The notes under the pieces were generated by a model. It did not search any database. It was given only the letters and a program-made list of their open reading frames with translations, and was not told the origin of the DNA. Below, piece by piece: positions 12,267 to 21,330 of a DNA stretch of 64,000 nt. How positions within the stretch are numbered: position 1 is the first letter of the stretch; each line of letters begins with the position of its first letter. Both the position numbers and the translations under genes were made by a program. The stretch is from Gammaproteobacteria bacterium (lineage in GTDB: Bacteria; Pseudomonadota; Gammaproteobacteria; SZUA-152): contig JAOUJW010000015.1 in the NCBI GenBank assembly GCA_029882975.1, positions 6,450 to 70,449 of the forward strand, written 5' to 3'.

Positions 12267-12815
12267 TTACAGCAATTGCTCTTCCAACTCCCGACTTTCC
12301 TGTTGTAATTTACTGATGAATTGCAGGCGTTTCACCAAATCCTTAGAGTGTTGTAACTGTTCCTGCAAGCTGCCCAAACTTTTCATCAATGGCCGCAATT
12401 GTTCTAAAACCTGCGTCAGCAATTGATCCAGTCCCTTGTTAAAATCCAACAATTCGCCCACAGGGTCTGCCGCACTGCTGATAGCGGCCAGAGATTCCCG
12501 CAATTCCATTTGCTGCATTAAAAAACCCTGATCCATTGATGTCGCCGTATCGTGCAACACATCACACCCTGCCAAACCTAACATATAGATTGCCCGGCTC
12601 AAGGGACCTCGCAACGTTTGATAGGCCTCATTAATCAGCGCGGATTGTTGCACGGACAAACGCCTTTCAGCATCGCCTTTATTGGCAAAGTTGTCAGGGT
12701 GTACGATGGATTGCAACCGGCGAAATCTTTCGCTTAAATCCTGGAGATTGACATCATAGGAAACCGGCAATTCAAACAGCTCAAAATAATTACTGGTGAG
12801 ATTCACCGTGGTCAT
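12267..12815 (-). CDS. hscB: Co-chaperone HscB (J-domain)
   Basis: 182 aa. J-domain with HPD (LQSIVHPDNF). Confidence 0.9.
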   Translation of the reverse strand: MTTVNLTSNYFELFELPVSYDVNLQDLSERFRRLQSIVHPDNFANKGDAERRLSVQQSALINEAYQTLRGPLSRAIYMLGLAGCDVLHDTATSMDQGFLMQQMELRESLAAISSAADPVGELLDFNKGLDQLLTQVLEQLRPLMKSLGSLQEQLQHSKDLVKRLQFISKLQQESRELEEQLL

Positions 12816-12845
12816 TGTGTTATTACTTGCGTTTGCGTCACTACT

Positions 12846-13169
12846 TTAAACAGTAAAACTTTCACCGCAACCGCAACGATCCTTCTCGTTTGGATTGTTA
12901 AACTGGAAACCTTCATTCAATCCTTCTTTACCATAATCCAACTCGGTACCATCCAGGTAAATCAAGCTTTTGGGGTCTACGATCAGAGTAACACCGTGAT
13001 GTTCAAACACAGTATCCTCTGCCTGAACCTCATCGGCAAATTCCATAATGTAGGCCATACCCGAGCAACCGGTGGTTTTTACACCCAAACGCAAGCCTAC
13101 GCCCTTGCCCCGGTTTTCCAGAAAAGATTTCACGCGATTTGCCGCGGACTCTGTTAATGTGATGCTCAT
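12846..13169 (-). CDS. iscA: Iron-sulfur cluster insertion protein IscA (A-type carrier)
   Basis: 107 aa. ...GCSGMAY...CGCGESF C-terminal motif. Confidence 0.9.
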   Translation of the reverse strand: MSITLTESAANRVKSFLENRGKGVGLRLGVKTTGCSGMAYIMEFADEVQAEDTVFEHHGVTLIVDPKSLIYLDGTELDYGKEGLNEGFQFNNPNEKDRCGCGESFTV

Positions 13170-13241
13170 AACTTAATATTCCAATTAATCCAACCAAACA
13201 ACCTAACTCAGCACTATCACCCGTTCCATGTGAGCGCGGGA

Positions 13242-14459
13242 TTAGTGCGCTGCCCATTTCACCGTGGATAAATCAACACCATCCTTATACATATCCCATA
13301 ATGGGGACAGTTCCCGCAATTTTCCAATCGCGTGGTTGATTTGCTCAATGGCAAAATCGATATCCGCCTCATTGGTAAACCGGCCAATACTGAAACGTAT
13401 GGAACTGTGGGCCAATTCGTCACTGCGACCTAAAGCCCGTAACACATAGGAGGGCTCCAGACTGGAGGAAGTGCAAGCTGAACCGGAAGACACCGCCAGA
13501 CCTTTTAAGGCCATGATCAATGACTCACCTTCCACGAAATTAAAACTGACATTAAGAATATTGGGCACACCATGATCCAAATCACCATTGATGTACACTT
13601 CTTCCAAACCCTTGAGACCTTCGTATAAACGGTTTCGCAATGCGGCTATTTTGTTACGATCGTCCGCCATGCGTTCTTTGGCAATCCTAAAAGCCTCGCC
13701 CATCCCCACGATTTGGTGAGTGGCCAGAGTACCGGAGCGCATACCGCGTTCATGACCGCCACCGTGCATTTGGGCTTCCAGTCGGACCCGAGGCTTACGT
13801 CGAACGTAAAGGGCACCGATACCCTTGGGACCGTAAACTTTGTGTCCGGAGAAGGACATCAAGTCCACTTTTAATTGCTCCAGATCAATATCCACCTTGC
13901 CCGCGCTTTGAGCTGCGTCTACATGAAAAATAATGCCTTTGGACCGGGTCATGTCGCCGATGGCGGCAATGTCCTGAATAATGCCAATTTCATTGTTTAC
14001 ATGCATGATGGAAACCAAAATGGTATCCGCTCGCATGGCAGCTTCCAGTTTTTGCAAATCAATTAAACCGTTGGGCTCCGGGTCCATATACGTGACTTCA
14101 AAACCTTCCCGTTCCAACTGGCGACAGGTATCCAAAACTGCTTTGTGCTCTGTTTTGGAAGTGATGATGTGCTTGCCTTTTTTGCTGTAAAAATGCGCCA
14201 CGCCTTTAATGGCCAGATTGTCGGACTCTGTGGCTCCTGAAGTCCAGACGATTTCCTTAGGGTTTGCGTTGACCAATGCGGCAACCTGGTTTCTGGCTTC
14301 TTCTACGGCAGTTTCTGCGTTCCAACCGAAAGCATGGGAACGCGATGCCGGATTACCGAATTCACCCTCCAGCGTTAAATACTGGGTCATTTTTTCTGCA
14401 ACGGCCGGGTCCATTGGAGTGGTGGCCGCATAATCCATATAAATGGGTTTATTCATCAA
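13242..14459 (-). CDS. iscS: Cysteine desulfurase IscS
   Basis: 405 aa. PLP-lysine [12 protein letters not shown]. Active-site SSGSACTS. C-terminal ...VKWAAH. Confidence 0.95.
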   Translation of the reverse strand: MMNKPIYMDYAATTPMDPAVAEKMTQYLTLEGEFGNPASRSHAFGWNAETAVEEARNQVAALVNANPKEIVWTSGATESDNLAIKGVAHFYSKKGKHIITSKTEHKAVLDTCRQLEREGFEVTYMDPEPNGLIDLQKLEAAMRADTILVSIMHVNNEIGIIQDIAAIGDMTRSKGIIFHVDAAQSAGKVDIDLEQLKVDLMSFSGHKVYGPKGIGALYVRRKPRVRLEAQMHGGGHERGMRSGTLATHQIVGMGEAFRIAKERMADDRNKIAALRNRLYEGLKGLEEVYINGDLDHGVPNILNVSFNFVEGESLIMALKGLAVSSGSACTSSSLEPSYVLRALGRSDELAHSSIRFSIGRFTNEADIDFAIEQINHAIGKLRELSPLWDMYKDGVDLSTVKWAAH

Positions 14460-14696
14460 ATACTCCGTGAATCTCTGGTATTAACCGCATGCGTGGGAAC
14501 AGGTGTCTGGAAACTTCAACCTCGAACAGCGGGTTTACGAGCCCAAGTGTATAACAATCAATCGTTTCAATAAACGCTATAGTGCACGCGTGAAATGCAC
14601 CCGATCCACCGCCGACTTCAGACGACTGCGATCTCCCCCAAAATTTTATATCTAAAAACCAGGACTTATACCCGGTTTTGTGCCGGAAACTCGCCT

Positions 14697-14714
14697 CCCC
14701 CGTGAGCTCACGGG
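14697..14714 (-). promoter_or_regulatory. Perfect 18-bp palindrome (CCCCGTGAGCTCACGGGG) in the iscR-iscS spacer; possible hairpin, attenuator or operator
   Basis: Seen directly in the sequence. On the minus strand it is followed by a second short hairpin (CCGGcacaaaaCCGG) and a T-run. Confidence 0.4.
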
Positions 14715-14738
14715 GAAACACGAGAACCGACCAAACGC

Positions 14739-15248
14739 TTACATTGCCAGTATATTATCGTTGCGTTCAGTAGAGGCGTCATCTGCCGCAGCAGCGTTTT
14801 TGTTGCTGTTATGCAGTTGATCCTGACGTGCGGCCACATCTTTCACATGACGTTGTTCAACTAACTTGCCCAACGTGATGCCGTGCAGAAAGTCGTACAA
14901 CAAATCACTCAAGTCAGTCCACAGCTGATGCGTCAAGCAACGTTCGCCATTTTGGCACCCCTGCTCACCGGAACAACGAGTAGCATCTACTTTTTCATCC
15001 ACGGCGGCAATGATGTCCGCAACATTGATGTCATTGGAATCGCGACTCAGACGATAACCGCCACCCGGGCCTCGTGCACTGGAAACCAATTCCCGCTTCC
15101 GCAATTTTGCGAATAACTGCTCCAGATATGACAAAGAAATACCTTGTCGCTGGGAAATGTCGGCTAAAGTAATCGGCCCTTCAGTAGCGTGAACAGCCAA
15201 ATCCAACATAGCAGTAACCGCGTAGCGGCCTTTAGTTGTCAATCTCAT
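14739..15248 (-). CDS. iscR: Fe-S cluster-sensing transcriptional regulator IscR (Rrf2 family)
   Basis: 169 aa. [18 protein letters not shown]... Rrf2 HTH. Three Cys (C..C.....C) near residue 100. Confidence 0.9.
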   Translation of the reverse strand: MRLTTKGRYAVTAMLDLAVHATEGPITLADISQRQGISLSYLEQLFAKLRKRELVSSARGPGGGYRLSRDSNDINVADIIAAVDEKVDATRCSGEQGCQNGERCLTHQLWTDLSDLLYDFLHGITLGKLVEQRHVKDVAARQDQLHNSNKNAAAADDASTERNDNILAM

Positions 15249-15302
15249 AATAAATTTCCTTTGATTTTCAAAGCTTTTTTACTGAATTTTATAATGTTAT
15301 AC

Positions 15303-15350
15303 CCTGTCCGGTAGTACAGGGAATAAATTGAGTGTACTATTACACACTCG
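15303..15350 (-). promoter_or_regulatory. Two palindromic operator-like sites upstream of iscR; candidate IscR autoregulatory boxes
   Basis: First site: CCCTGT-N8-ACAGGG at 15303-15322. Second site: GAGTGT-N6-ACACTC at 15331-15350. They lie 55-100 bp upstream of the iscR start. E. coli iscR has two type-1 IscR sites in the same position. Confidence 0.35.
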
Positions 15351-15391
15351 CTGTAGTAATATTAATAATACCAGACCTATTTTGTCAAGTA

Positions 15392-16216
15392 TTATATCCC
15401 CCCCTTCTCCGAAGGGTTAGTCAGTTTATCGTCCGCAGCGCTTTTTGGATGAGCGTCTTGCATCCCGATTTCACAAGATTCCAGCTCTGGTAATTCAACA
15501 TCCTTAAATTCCGCATCCATGGCTTTCAGAGCAGCACACATGGCTTCGATTTTCTTATCTACAGCGTGGGTATGGTCTAATATACAATTAATGGCGTGAG
15601 CCACTGGATCCGGCGCATCCCGGGTAACGCCATAGGCATCAAATCCCATTTTTTTGGCCATATCATGCCGATGATCGTTTTCTGGAGAGGAAGTGTGGGT
15701 ACCTACCGCTCGTCCGGGCACACCCACAACCGTACAATTTTCAGCCACATCTTTGACCACCACGGCATTGGAACCAACACGCACTCCACTGGCCAAAGTG
15801 ATGGGCCCCAACACCTTGGCACCGGCACCCACCACCACGTCATTTTTAAGCGTCGGATGACGTTTGCCTTTTTCCCAACTGGTGCCGCCCAAGGTCACCC
15901 CATGGTATAGAGTGCAATCATCACCAATTTCCGCCGTTTCTCCAATCACCACCCCCATACCGTGATCGATGAAAAAGCGCCTTCCGATTTTGGCACCGGG
16001 ATGAATCTCAATTCCCGTAATCCAGCGGGCAAACCCGGCAATGGCTCGCGCTAACCAGAAAAAATCCCGTACCCACAAAGCGTGGCTGAGTCGGTGAATG
16101 ATCACCGCATGCACTCCGGGGTAAGTGGTAATAACTTCGAAGAAAGTGCGAGCGGCAGGGTCTCGGTCAAATACACAAGCCACATCTTCTTTTATTCGCT
16201 TGAAAAACTGTCTCAT
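15392..16216 (-). CDS. cysE: Serine O-acetyltransferase
   Basis: 274 aa. N-terminal SATase helical domain plus hexapeptide repeats ([38 protein letters not shown]). Confidence 0.9.
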   Translation of the reverse strand: MRQFFKRIKEDVACVFDRDPAARTFFEVITTYPGVHAVIIHRLSHALWVRDFFWLARAIAGFARWITGIEIHPGAKIGRRFFIDHGMGVVIGETAEIGDDCTLYHGVTLGGTSWEKGKRHPTLKNDVVVGAGAKVLGPITLASGVRVGSNAVVVKDVAENCTVVGVPGRAVGTHTSSPENDHRHDMAKKMGFDAYGVTRDAPDPVAHAINCILDHTHAVDKKIEAMCAALKAMDAEFKDVELPELESCEIGMQDAHPKSAADDKLTNPSEKGGI

Positions 16217-16330
16217 GGGAACCTTTTTGGTTTAACAACGCATTGTTGCTGCGCGGTTGCGCTTTATCTTACTTAAATAGTGGCCTATGCAACAGATTAC
16301 AAGGCCGGGCAACCGCAGTGAAGTTTTGCA

Positions 16331-17050
16331 CTAGGGTTTTCTGTTTTTCTGCACTGTCGAGAGTATTCCACGCATAATGTTAAGCTCCACCACATCCAGT
16401 TGAGCTCGATTAAACAAACGCCTTAAGCGGCGCATCATTTTACGAGGATGGTCCTGACTGAGAAAGCCAATCTCGGAAATAACGTGAAATAAGTGCTCGT
16501 AAAACAATTCCATCTGCTCTGAACTCGCCGCCGCTGCTTCATTGTCCATCACTTGCGGTGGTTCCCGGGAAGCCATTTGCAGTTCATAGGCAATGACTTG
16601 AACCGCAGCCGCCAAGTTCAAGGAACTGTACTCGGGATTACTGGGGATATGTACAAGATAGTGGCACAATTCCAACTCTTCGTTGGTCAGCCCGGAATTT
16701 TCCCGACCAAACACGATTGCTACTGTTTCTCCGGCTCCGGCCCGTTGCAGAGACTCACTGGCGCATTGTCTCGGGTCAAGTTCCGGCCAAGCCAAACGAC
16801 GCAGTCTGGCACTGGCACCCAGCACCAAACTGCAGTCCTTTAGAGCATCCGCCAGAGTGGAGAATACCTGTACTTTTTGCAGCACATCATCCGCGCCGGA
16901 TGCCCTGGCCGTGGCTTGGGCATGGGGATACAAAACCGGATCTACCAGGCGTAAATTCTCCAGACACATGTTTTTCATGGCTCGAGCCACGCCGCCGATA
17001 TTTCCCGGATGGGACGTGTTTACCAATACAATTTGTATATTTTCCAGCAT
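16331..17050 (-). CDS. trmJ: tRNA (cytidine/uridine-2'-O)-methyltransferase TrmJ (SpoU class)
   Basis: MLENIQIVLVNTSHPGNIGGVARAMKNM. The start was trimmed to the ATG at 17050; the track ORF extends to 17107. Confidence 0.85.
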   Translation of the reverse strand: MLENIQIVLVNTSHPGNIGGVARAMKNMCLENLRLVDPVLYPHAQATARASGADDVLQKVQVFSTLADALKDCSLVLGASARLRRLAWPELDPRQCASESLQRAGAGETVAIVFGRENSGLTNEELELCHYLVHIPSNPEYSSLNLAAAVQVIAYELQMASREPPQVMDNEAAAASSEQMELFYEHLFHVISEIGFLSQDHPRKMMRRLRRLFNRAQLDVVELNIMRGILSTVQKNRKP

Positions 17051-17219
17051 AATTCCAGTTACCACAGCCCTGAGCACAAAAAACCCTATTGTAACTTTAA
17101 TTCGCACCTTAACGGGTATTTACTGACTGAAAAATGGCAATTTAGGTGTGAATTTGATACATTTGCCGCCCCAACGCTCTATGCGGAAACCCGAACTTTT
17201 ACTTAGCTGAATACATCCT

Positions 17220-18020
17220 ATGCATCCTACGCTTAATATCGCTGTTCGCGCCGCGCGCTCAGCAGGAAACATTATTGTTCGCTCCATGGACCGGATCGGA
17301 CAACTTAATATAACCACCAAATCCAGCAATGATTTTGTCTCTGAGGTTGACCAAAAAGCAGAGCAGGAAATCATATACACCTTGCGCAAGGCCTTTCCCA
17401 GTCACGGTATTCTGGCGGAGGAAAGCGGCTCGCAGAAGGGCGATGGCGACTACCTCTGGATCATTGATCCCCTGGACGGCACCACCAATTTTTTACACGG
17501 CTTCCCACAGTTTGCCGTATCCATCGCCTTACAGCATAAAGGCCGTTTGGAACACGCTGTGGTGTACGACCCCCTGAGTCAGGAGTTATTTACAGCTTCT
17601 CGAGGTAGCGGAGCACAGTTAAATGATCGCCGCATTCGAGTATCCAAACACTCTGACTTGAACGGTGCACTGCTGGGCACGGGTTTTCCATTTAAAATGC
17701 AGCAACACCTGGACGCGTATCTAGCCACGTTCAAGGCCCTGTTTCCCATGACGGCCGGCATACGTCGCGCCGGTTCGGCGGCTCTGGATCTCGCTTATGT
17801 TGCCGCCGGCCGTTTAGATGGTTTTTGGGAAATTGGCCTCAACCGCTGGGACATGGCCGCAGGTGCTCTCATCATTCAAGAGGCCGGTGGTTTAATCAGC
17901 GATTTCAGCGGCGGCCACCGCTATTTGGAAACCGGCAATGTCGTGGCCGGAAATCCCAAAATTTTTAAATCCATACTTCAATCCATCAATCCCCATTTGA
18001 CCGAAGAGTTGAAACAGTAG
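17220..18020 (+). CDS. suhB: Inositol-1-monophosphatase SuhB
   Basis: 266 aa. IMPase motifs DPLDGT and WDMAAG. Confidence 0.9.
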   Translation: MHPTLNIAVRAARSAGNIIVRSMDRIGQLNITTKSSNDFVSEVDQKAEQEIIYTLRKAFPSHGILAEESGSQKGDGDYLWIIDPLDGTTNFLHGFPQFAVSIALQHKGRLEHAVVYDPLSQELFTASRGSGAQLNDRRIRVSKHSDLNGALLGTGFPFKMQQHLDAYLATFKALFPMTAGIRRAGSAALDLAYVAAGRLDGFWEIGLNRWDMAAGALIIQEAGGLISDFSGGHRYLETGNVVAGNPKIFKSILQSINPHLTEELKQ

Positions 18021-18114
18021 TTTAAACCGCTAATTCTGTGAGGCGGAGCACAGTTTAACAATTGACCTTGACGCTGTCGTCAAGGAGCGACAGCCTTTCG
18101 CCGACAAAATAGGC

Positions 18115-18399
18115 ATGTCAGTCAAACCCTTCACAAAAGTCACTCCGCAAATGCTACGGGAAATCGGTATCCGGGATTGCCGCGACAATTTATTTGAGTT
18201 TACTCTATCTCTTTCACAACATGTTGATTTCGATACCTTTGATGTTTTATCGGTCACGCGCGTGGAAGAAGAGCCGGGCACAGAGCAAAACCCCGGCCAC
18301 ACCCAGTTTTTTCTGCACCCTAAAGTACCCCGGCAATATCCCCAAGGTAAAACCCAGGCACAAATTATTCCTTTGCGACCACGACCCCGTCGCGACTAA
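18115..18399 (+). CDS. Hypothetical 94-aa protein (weak call)
   Basis: ORF only. No recognisable motif. Weak RBS. May be non-coding. Confidence 0.2.
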   Translation: MSVKPFTKVTPQMLREIGIRDCRDNLFEFTLSLSQHVDFDTFDVLSVTRVEEEPGTEQNPGHTQFFLHPKVPRQYPQGKTQAQIIPLRPRPRRD

Positions 18400-18526
18400 A
18401 ACACAAGCCGTTCAAAGGTTCCCATAAGACATAAAATAATGTAATACTTACCGAGAAACTCTGAATGAGTCTGGCTGTGACTCAAATATCCGTTTATTTT
18501 TAGTGGAAAAATCAAAGACAGGGGCA

Positions 18527-19615
18527 ATGGATCTACTTTCCAAATTATTAAAAGATATGGTGGCCAACAAGGCTTCCGATCTGTTTTTAAGCACCGGCTC
18601 CACTCCGGCTTTACGAGTGCACGGCAAAATGCATGCTTATGATGGAACCCCATTAGGCCCCGGCCGAACCAAGCAAATGGCCGCGCTCATCATGAACGAA
18701 GAACAAATGCAGGCTTTCGAAGAAAACCGTGAAGCCAATATTGCCCATAGCGTTCCGGGTATCGGTCGATTCCGCTTCAACTTGTTTTTCCAGCGCAATG
18801 AAGTAGCCATGGTTATCCGCTCCATCCCTGACACCATTCCCAAATTTGAACAACTGGGCATCGCCAGCCCTTTGCAAGATATTATTATGATGAAGCGCGG
18901 CCTGGTATTGGTGGCCGGACCCTCCGGTGCCGGTAAATCCACCACCTTGGCAGCCATGATCGATTACCGCAATGAAACCGAATTAAGCCATATGGTTACT
19001 GTGGAGGATCCCATTGAATACGTCATCCAACACAAAAAATCCATCGTTAACCAGCGGGAAATCGGCTCTGATACCACCTCGTATCATAACGCTTTGATCA
19101 ACGTCCTGCGCCAATCTCCCGACGTGATTATGGTGGGGGAAATTCGCGAAAGACTGATCATGGAAGACGTACTGGAGTTTGCCGACACAGGGCATTTGTG
19201 CCTGGCGACAATTCACGCGAACAGCGCCAGCCAGGCCTTAGAGCGCATCCTGCACATGTTCCCCAAAGACATGCAGGACAAACTTTGCACCTCATTGGCC
19301 AATAACCTCAAAGCCGTGGTATCGCAAATTCTGGTACCCAGCGTCTTTGGCGACCGAGCGGTAGCCTTGGAGTTATTGTTAAACACCCCCCGTACCAGTG
19401 ACTTGATTCGTCGGGGACAATTTGACCATCTCACCGAAGTAATGGACAAGGACACCAACAGTGGCATGCGCACAATGGATCAGTCTTTGTTCCAACTGTA
19501 TTGTGACGATCGCATATCGGAAGAAACCGCATTGGCATACGCCACCTCAGTAAGTAATATGCGTCTGCAAATCCGTCTATCGGCCCCTTCCGCTCCCGAG
19601 CCGGTCACCACATAA
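18527..19615 (+). CDS. pilU: Type IV pilus retraction ATPase, PilT/PilU family (PilU-like)
   Basis: Walker A GPSGAGKST. PilT-family motifs (..EDPIEY.., GHLCLATIHAN). Start set at MDLLSKLL, ATG 18527; the track uses the upstream GTG at 18503. Confidence 0.85.
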   Translation: MDLLSKLLKDMVANKASDLFLSTGSTPALRVHGKMHAYDGTPLGPGRTKQMAALIMNEEQMQAFEENREANIAHSVPGIGRFRFNLFFQRNEVAMVIRSIPDTIPKFEQLGIASPLQDIIMMKRGLVLVAGPSGAGKSTTLAAMIDYRNETELSHMVTVEDPIEYVIQHKKSIVNQREIGSDTTSYHNALINVLRQSPDVIMVGEIRERLIMEDVLEFADTGHLCLATIHANSASQALERILHMFPKDMQDKLCTSLANNLKAVVSQILVPSVFGDRAVALELLLNTPRTSDLIRRGQFDHLTEVMDKDTNSGMRTMDQSLFQLYCDDRISEETALAYATSVSNMRLQIRLSAPSAPEPVTT

Positions 19616-19633
19616 GTTCCCTCTTCAGGGAAC
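19616..19633 (+). terminator. Hairpin GTTCCCT-cttc-AGGGAAC immediately after the pilU stop
   Basis: Perfect 7-bp stem seen in the sequence. The downstream T-run is weak. Confidence 0.4.
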
Positions 19634-19780
19634 TGACGCTTTGAACAGTATTTGGTAACAAAATCTTATGGCTTCGTTGAAAAACTTGGAAATGGCCCCC
19701 ATATACCTGTATTTTCAGCCTCGTCTGTTCATACTGGACTTCTGAGCTTAAATTAATTACCGAGAGGACCTCTTGTCACC

Positions 19781-20596
19781 ATGGCTACCGATATTCCGTT
19801 GCTTCTGGAAACCGATCAGCTGGAGCAAAACCTGGACAATGATGACGTTATCATCGTGGATCTTTGTAAAAATGAGCAATACCAAGCCGCCCATATCCCA
19901 GGGGCGATCCACATAGAATACCCACAAGTTATTAGCGCCCGGCCGCCGGTAATGGGCCTGTTACCCGAGGCGACGCAACTCAACGCGCTGGCTGCCAGTA
20001 TCGGTTTACAACAAAACAAGCAAGTTGTGGCTTATGACGATGAGGGTGGCGGTAAAGCGGCTCGCCTGTTGTGGACCTTGCATGCGATGGGACACTCACA
20101 CACCTCTTTGCTGAACGGCGGATTACATGCCTGGAGCGCGGAAAACCGTCCCATGGAAAACAAAAACAATACTGCCGCTGCGGGTTCATTTGACCTGGAT
20201 TTATCCACTCACGTGGTCGCCGACCGCGAATTCATTCTCAACAATTTAAACAGTGATGCAGTCAAACTGTTGGATGCTCGCTCCGCCCAGGAATTCAGTG
20301 GCGAGAAAAAGTTTGCTGAACGTGGCGGACATATTCCCGGAGCGGTGAACATTGATTGGTTACTCTTAATGGATCAAGCCAACAATCTCAGACTCAAAAC
20401 TGACGTCGACCTGCACAGCCTGTTGCAGCACTACAACATCCATTCGGAACACGAAGTGGTGGTATATTGCCAAACCCACCATCGCTCTGCACTCAGCTAT
20501 ATCGCCTTGAAACATTTGGGCTTCAACCATGTTCGCGGTTATCCGGGCTCCTGGTCTGACTGGGGCAACAGCGCTGACACCCCTGTTGAATCCTGA
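19781..20596 (+). CDS. Thiosulfate/3-mercaptopyruvate sulfurtransferase (tandem rhodanese domains)
   Basis: 271 aa, two rhodanese modules. Catalytic Cys in the loop YCQTHHRS. Confidence 0.8.
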   Translation: MATDIPLLLETDQLEQNLDNDDVIIVDLCKNEQYQAAHIPGAIHIEYPQVISARPPVMGLLPEATQLNALAASIGLQQNKQVVAYDDEGGGKAARLLWTLHAMGHSHTSLLNGGLHAWSAENRPMENKNNTAAAGSFDLDLSTHVVADREFILNNLNSDAVKLLDARSAQEFSGEKKFAERGGHIPGAVNIDWLLLMDQANNLRLKTDVDLHSLLQHYNIHSEHEVVVYCQTHHRSALSYIALKHLGFNHVRGYPGSWSDWGNSADTPVES

Positions 20597-20637
20597 GTTC
20601 AAACCAACGCAATCCAACAAGCAACGAAAGCATTCTC

Positions 20638-21330
20638 ATGACATTAAGCAGCGCTAAAATCACCGCTATTCAAGCCTTATCACCTACGGTTAAGCTATTA
20701 GAGTTATCCTGCGAACCGCCCCTGTCCTTTATACCCGGCCAATGGGTATTAGTCGAAGCGAACCGAGACGGCAAAACCGAGGCTGCTGCTTATTCCATCA
20801 GTTCCATACCCAATAGCAACAACAGCATTGAGATTGCGGTAAAACATGTAACGCAAATTCCAATCAGCGGGTATTTACATCAGTTAAAAACGGGTGAACC
20901 TTTGCAGATCAGTGCAGCGCAAGGCGATACTGTGTTACCTCAAAACCCGACCGGTCCTATGGTCTTCATCGCCGGCGGCACCGGCATTGCGCCTCTATTG
21001 TGCATGGCGAAGTCCCTTTTGCAAAATCAATACACTTACCCCATCCGCTTCCTTATCAGCTGCACCACCCTGGACGAATGTATATTCCATGAGGAACTGC
21101 AACAACTGCGCAAAACCGCAGACTTTGACTTTAGCATTACCACGACCAAGGAACAAAATCCCAAAGCAACCTACCACGGTCGCATCAATGACGCCATGCT
21201 GAATCCTTTACTGCTGGACCAGGCGCAATTCTACCTTTGTGGCCCACCGAATATGGTGGATCATGTCAATGAACGTTTGATCCAGTGCGGCGTGGCAGCG
21301 GAACGGGTCTATTTTGATAAATGGTGGTAA
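20638..21330 (+). CDS. FNR-family FAD/NAD(P)-binding oxidoreductase
   Basis: 230 aa. AAYSISS (RxYS-like FAD motif). GGTGIAP NAD-binding motif. C-terminal LCGPP. Confidence 0.75.
   Translation: MTLSSAKITAIQALSPTVKLLELSCEPPLSFIPGQWVLVEANRDGKTEAAAYSISSIPNSNNSIEIAVKHVTQIPISGYLHQLKTGEPLQISAAQGDTVLPQNPTGPMVFIAGGTGIAPLLCMAKSLLQNQYTYPIRFLISCTTLDECIFHEELQQLRKTADFDFSITTTKEQNPKATYHGRINDAMLNPLLLDQAQFYLCGPPNMVDHVNERLIQCGVAAERVYFDKWW

Noticed and set aside
14449-14721. 90-codon minus-strand ORF spanning the iscR-iscS spacer
   Set aside because: It is low-complexity (GGGSG), it reads straight through the 18-bp palindrome, and it overlaps the iscS start. It is more likely a structured non-coding region, though this is not fully excluded.
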